Positions 60,366 through 64,000 of a DNA stretch of 64,000 nucleotides are shown here, piece by piece; positions within the stretch are counted from its first letter, which is position 1; each line of letters opens with the position of its first letter. The position numbers and the translations under genes are program-made. The notes beneath the pieces are model-generated. The model was given only the letters and a program-made list of their open reading frames with translations, did no database searches and was not told where the DNA came from. The stretch is from an uncultured Bordetella sp. (GTDB lineage: Bacteria; Pseudomonadota; Gammaproteobacteria; Burkholderiales; SG8-41), in the NCBI GenBank assembly GCA_964533495.1, contig CAZHJU010000008.1, positions 18,451 through 82,450 on the forward strand. The letters run 5' to 3'.

Positions 60366-61151
60366 ATGAATACCGGAAAACTGCTTTACGAAATCAAGGA
60401 AAAAATCGCCTACATTACGATTAATCGTCCGGAAGTCATGAATGCCATGGACCCGGACGTCTACGATGCAATCTCAAAGGCATGGATCGACGTGAGAGAC
60501 AACCCCGACGTCTGGGTTGCCGTAGTGACCGGCGCCGGTGAAAAAGCATTCACTGCAGGCGCTGATCTCAAGGCCATGAGCAAAAAGCCGCCTCGACAAA
60601 AAGCAGACTTCTGGCTTACTCAGAAAGACATGCTGCTCAACCGCGGCTTAGAAGTGTGGAAGCCCGTGATCGCCGCGGTCAACGGATATTGCCTGGCCGG
60701 TGGGATGACCTTGCTCTTCGGCACCGATATTCGCATCGCAGCAGAGCATTCCGTCTTCGAAATCTCTGAGGTCAAGCGCGGCCTACTCCCCGCCAACGGC
60801 GGCACACAGCGCGCACTGCGCCAGTTGCCCTATTCCGTCGCAATGGACATGTTACTGCGCGGCCGTCGCCTGACGGCGCAGGAAGCCTTATCTTTCGGCC
60901 TCATCAACGAAGTTGTCCCGATGGCGGAACTCCGCGCGGCTGCCGAACGTTGTGCTCGGCAACTTTGCGAACATGGTCCCCTGGCGCTTCGCGCCATCAA
61001 GGAACTGGCCATCCGAAGCCAGAGCCTTTCACTCGAACAGGGCATCCGGCTCGAACAGGCGGTTCAGGACATCCTGCATTCTTCCGACGACGCAAAGGAA
61101 GGCCCTCGCGCTTTCTCCGAAAAGCGCAAACCCATATTCCAAGCGCGCTAA
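60366..61151 (+). CDS. Enoyl-CoA hydratase/isomerase (crotonase) family protein
   Basis: ...ITINRPEVMNAM...VTGAGEKAFTAGADLK...VNGYCLAGG...EGPRAFSEKRKP. Confidence 0.88.
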   Translation: MNTGKLLYEIKEKIAYITINRPEVMNAMDPDVYDAISKAWIDVRDNPDVWVAVVTGAGEKAFTAGADLKAMSKKPPRQKADFWLTQKDMLLNRGLEVWKPVIAAVNGYCLAGGMTLLFGTDIRIAAEHSVFEISEVKRGLLPANGGTQRALRQLPYSVAMDMLLRGRRLTAQEALSFGLINEVVPMAELRAAAERCARQLCEHGPLALRAIKELAIRSQSLSLEQGIRLEQAVQDILHSSDDAKEGPRAFSEKRKPIFQAR

Positions 61152-61174
61152 CGCCCACTGATGAGGAGAGAACT

Positions 61175-62050
61175 GTGAAACCCTATCGCTCGCTGCTTTA
61201 TGTTCCCGGCAACAAGCCTACATGGATGGAGAAAGCGCTCGGCTATAGCGCGGACTGCCTGATCCTCGACCTGGAGGACTCGGTACCGGCCGCCGAAAAA
61301 GCCGCAGCGCGACCGCTTGTAAAAGCAGCCATCTCAGCACTCAAGGCAAAAGGGCAATCGGTCAACGTCAGAATCAATCCGTTCGACACGGGTCTCACAC
61401 TGGATGATATCGAAGGTGTTCTCTGCCCAGAGCTGAACGGCATATCCCTGCCGAAAGTGGAATCCATAGCCGACATGATGCAACTCGATGCACTGCTCAC
61501 CCACATCGAGAAACGCATGGGCATGACACCGGGCAATATTGAAACGCCGCTCGCCTGCGAAACGGCAAAAGGCATGCGCAACATCTACGATATCGCGACT
61601 GCGTGTCCGCGCGTAAAACGCGTCAGCATCGCAGCCGGCCCTGGCGGTGATGCGGCCAGGGCCATCGGCTATCAGTGGACAAAGGAAGGAACTGAAACGC
61701 TTTTTCTGCGCTCACGCACGATACTGGAGAGCCGCGCAGCAGGAATTAAGTATCCGACAATCAGCTCGTGGTGGAATATCAAGGATATCGAAGGCCTCGA
61801 GCATGATGCTCGCCTAAACCGCCAGCTCGGATTCCGCGGTATGACTGTCATCCATCCCTCACACGTTCCCATTGTGAACAAAGTATTCACGCCTACGACC
61901 GAAGAAGTTGCCTACTATGAGGGTCTCATCGTCGCCATGGAGGACGCCCGAAAAGCTGGAACTGCAGCCGTAACCTACAAGGGCGACATGATCGACGAAG
62001 CAATGGTAAAAACAGCTGAGGAAATGCTTGCCCTGGCACGCGTGTCCTAA
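61175..62050 (+). CDS. HpcH/HpaI aldolase / citrate-lyase beta (CitE)-like acyl-CoA lyase
   Basis: VKPYRSLLYVPGNKPTWMEKALGYSADCLILDLEDSV.... GTG at 61175 is preceded by GAGGAGAG. About 291 aa within ORF 60950..62050. Confidence 0.85.
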   Translation: MKPYRSLLYVPGNKPTWMEKALGYSADCLILDLEDSVPAAEKAAARPLVKAAISALKAKGQSVNVRINPFDTGLTLDDIEGVLCPELNGISLPKVESIADMMQLDALLTHIEKRMGMTPGNIETPLACETAKGMRNIYDIATACPRVKRVSIAAGPGGDAARAIGYQWTKEGTETLFLRSRTILESRAAGIKYPTISSWWNIKDIEGLEHDARLNRQLGFRGMTVIHPSHVPIVNKVFTPTTEEVAYYEGLIVAMEDARKAGTAAVTYKGDMIDEAMVKTAEEMLALARVS

Positions 62051-62234
62051 CCGGCAAATTGTCACTAGCAACGGAAATCCCGCCTACCCCAAGCAGTCTG
62101 CATCCCCGAGTAAGTTTGACAGTCTCACCTTGATTTTCTGGCGTTGTAATAAAAAGGAATTGTTGTCAGCAATCCCTACTGCGCGACCTGGAAGGCGACG
62201 AGTATTGGGTAACTCACAATTTTGCGAAACAAAT

Positions 62235-62507
62235 TCACAGATCGAAGGGATCGGAATCGTCCCGAGGCACTTTCTGTAATCCGAGCCTTTTAGCCATTCC
62301 TGCAAGCGATCCTCGCACAAAGTCGCTGTGTTCCGCGGTTAGGCGCTCATAAGTGCGCCAGCGCATCCTTTTTGGTTTCCCGCCCTCCAGATTGAAGATG
62401 CCCACAGGCCAGCCCAGTCGCCGTCGAATCCTGTCCGCTCGCCGCGCTGCTCGGTCATCGACGCCCTCCTGTTGGCAGGCATAGGTTAATCGCCAGCAGT
62501 GCCGGCA
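62235..62507 (-). pseudogene. C-terminal fragment of a zinc-ribbon family hypothetical protein
   Basis: ...CRHCWRLTYACQQEGVDDRAARRADRIRRRLG...GGKPKRMRWRTYERLTAEH.... This pattern is recalled from a family of about 180 aa (..CRxCxxLxYxSQxE..RA.KIR.RLG..KPKGMHxRTYERL). There is no start codon and no N-terminal half. Confidence 0.4.
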
Positions 62508-62558
62508 GGCAGCCTTGACGAATTCGACAGCCTGTATCGCGAACTGGCGAAGTAAGCC

Positions 62559-62942
62559 GTGGCGCGCGACTACCTGACCGTGGGCGATGTGCTCGGCATG
62601 CACACGGTGCTGGTGCAACGTTACGGCGGTGCGCCGGGTATGCGCGATCCGGGGGCATTGGAAACTGCGTTGTTCCGCCCGCAGACCGGCTACTACGAGG
62701 ACGTCGTGGCAGAAGCGGCGGCGCTGCTGGAAAGTCTGACGATCAACCACCCCTTCATGGATGGCAACAAACGCATCGCCTTTGCAGCGGCCGACGTGTT
62801 TCTTCGAAACAATGGCTGGCGTCTGCGACGCGCGCCGATGCAGATCCACGCCGAGATGATGCAGATGTTCGAATCGGGAACATTCGACATCGCCCACATC
62901 GATCCGTGGCTGCGTGGTTTTGCGCAGGCCGAGGAAACCTGA
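62559..62942 (+). CDS. doc: Doc (death-on-curing) Fic-fold toxin
   Basis: 127 aa with the Fic/Doc motif HPFMDGNKR. GTG start. Confidence 0.85.
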   Translation: MARDYLTVGDVLGMHTVLVQRYGGAPGMRDPGALETALFRPQTGYYEDVVAEAAALLESLTINHPFMDGNKRIAFAAADVFLRNNGWRLRRAPMQIHAEMMQMFESGTFDIAHIDPWLRGFAQAEET

Positions 62943-63009
62943 GAAGGCGAAGGCCCGGGAAATCCGCTATCCGCGCAGAACGCGAGGCAAATATCGTTTC
63001 CTAGCCGGA

Positions 63010-63672
63010 TCACGCCCCGGATTCCGCAGCGCGATCACGCACCAGAGCCTCCGCCAGCGCCGCGGTGCTGCCCTCCTCGATCCGTTCGAGCCCGCCCGCA
63101 CCCACGTGGTAGATGCAGGCCTCGGTCACGATGAAATCCATCGGAATGTCGTGGGGCTGCGGATGGATCGTGTCGATGCGCGACAGTTCGAAGGCGACGC
63201 CGATCTTCAGCGGCATCGGCTTGATCGAAGCCAGCGTCCGGTCGAAAAACCCGCCGCCGTAACCGAGGCGGTATCCCCGCTCGTCGAAGCCGACCGGCGG
63301 AATCAGCAGCGCCTGCGGCACCACCACGGACGTGTCGGGCACCGGCAGGTCGTAGACGCCCGGCGTCGTCGCGACGCCGGGCCACCATTCGCGGAAGCGC
63401 AGCGGCGCGCCCTTCTGCACGACCTCGGGCAGCGCCGCGACTGCCCCGCGCCGCCGGAAGTCGCGGATCGCGAAACGCGCGTCGAATTCCCCCTGAAACG
63501 GCCAGTACATGCCGACCGTCATCCCGCCCAGCAGCGGGAATCCCCCGACCAGCCGGCGGGTCATGGCGGTGGTCCAGTCGCGGTAACGCTCCTCCGCAAC
63601 CATCTGGCGCCGCGTCAGCAGGGCCGCGCGCTGCGCCTTGCGCCAGGCCTTCAGATCGTCCGGAGAATTCAT
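63010..63672 (-). CDS. 5-formyltetrahydrofolate cyclo-ligase family protein
   Basis: ...LKAWRKAQRAALLTRR...YWPFQGEFD...GFDERGYRLGYGGGFFDRTL.... Start set at MNSPDDL. Confidence 0.8.
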   Translation of the reverse strand: MNSPDDLKAWRKAQRAALLTRRQMVAEERYRDWTTAMTRRLVGGFPLLGGMTVGMYWPFQGEFDARFAIRDFRRRGAVAALPEVVQKGAPLRFREWWPGVATTPGVYDLPVPDTSVVVPQALLIPPVGFDERGYRLGYGGGFFDRTLASIKPMPLKIGVAFELSRIDTIHPQPHDIPMDFIVTEACIYHVGAGGLERIEEGSTAALAEALVRDRAAESGA

Positions 63673-63701
63673 GTCGACGTTTCCCGAATGGTGTCCGGTC
63701 A

Positions 63702-64000
63702 TTATCTCAATCGCGCGCCGGCCGCGCGCAACTGCGCCTCTGCCTCTGCGCCGATCCGCTCCACGATCGTCGCGGCGTCCTCGATGCCATCGATCAGATC
63801 CACGACCTCCCCCGCCCAGACCGCCGTGGCGTCGAAATCGCCCTGCGCGGCGGCAGCCTGGTACGCGCCGCGCTCGTCCTTCTGCGCGGCGGCCAGTTCG
63901 GCCTCCCGCCCGTGCCAGCGTTCGATGAAACCGTTGCGGAGTGCGCGGCCGGGATAGCGCGCAGGCCAGGCATAGCCGCGCACGATGTCGAAGACCCGCG
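63702..64000 (-). CDS. Hypothetical protein, 3' portion only (runs off the window)
   Basis: The frame is open to the window edge. The protein-like tail ...RNGFIERWHGREAELAAAQKDERGAY...VWAGEVVDLIDGIEDAATIVERIG has no family I can name. Confidence 0.4.
   Translation of the reverse strand, partial: RVFDIVRGYAWPARYPGRALRNGFIERWHGREAELAAAQKDERGAYQAAAAQGDFDATAVWAGEVVDLIDGIEDAATIVERIGAEAEAQLRAAGARLR

Noticed and set aside
62084-62320. Small ORFs in the 62.05-62.3 kb spacer as possible integrase or recombinase remnants.
   Set aside because: The translations show no recombinase motifs (no R..H..R..Y pattern), and the sequence is short and AT-rich.
63673-63860. 6S RNA (ssrS) upstream of the 5-formyl-THF cyclo-ligase gene, as in the E. 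coli ssrS-ygfA operon.
   Set aside because: Only about 30 nt separate the cyclo-ligase start from the preceding protein-like ORF, which stays open to the window edge. I could not fold a 6S-like closing stem and central bubble by eye.

Overview
GC-rich proteobacterial chromosome segment. Hand counts on a few 60-nt lines give about 63% GC in the core. Gene order looks betaproteobacterial, which is an inference from synteny only.

Layout:
- 1-14.5 kb: rimP-nusA-infB-rbfA-truB-rpsO-pnp, dksA, tRNA-Arg(UCU) and tRNA-His(GUG), smpB, ratA-rnfH, a DUF4124 protein, guaB-guaA.
- 14.5-19.3 kb: a rearrangement scar directly after guaA. A small HTH gene and a roughly 97-codon stub of a type I restriction hsdR abut, back to back, an ABC ATPase truncated at codon 84. 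That ATPase is the last gene of a TonB-dependent receptor / binding protein / permease operon.
- 19.6-51.4 kb: housekeeping genes. These are the ArsC-family gene, tadA, an L,D-transpeptidase, an SDR, mtnA plus a class II aldolase, GNAT, NRDE-DUF4936-ygfZ, a ygfX-like gene, two MFS transporters, GST, pckG, rne/rluC, HAD, an S49 peptidase, maf, and the yceD-rpmF-plsX-fabHDG-acpP-fabF-pabC-mltG-tmk-holB-tatD block followed by a secreted ankyrin-repeat protein.
- 51.4-63.0 kb: a visibly lower-GC accessory mosaic (spot counts about 48-52%).
- About 63.0 kb onward: core DNA resumes with a 5-formyl-THF cyclo-ligase-like gene.

Contents of the accessory mosaic:
- A small module of unknown function: a DUF3653-like regulator candidate, a 67-aa ORF and a DUF2335-like membrane protein.
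- A nested inverted-repeat element.
- A stranded GC-rich methyltransferase fragment.
- An internally deleted IS3-family element.
- An intact eight-gene acyl-CoA / dicarboxylate catabolic cluster: MmgE/PrpD, a family III CoA-transferase, two crotonases, a CitE-like lyase, a Bug binding protein, GntR and a PaaI thioesterase.
- A Doc toxin whose antitoxin is reduced to a stub.

I found no rRNA, no CRISPR array and no intact canonical defence system.

The best candidates for novelty are the 51.4-52.7 kb module with its repeat architecture, the catabolic island, and a recurrent AT-rich WTTGWTTTTAAA motif that also sits inside truB. All family assignments come from reading the translated ORFs. No searches were run.
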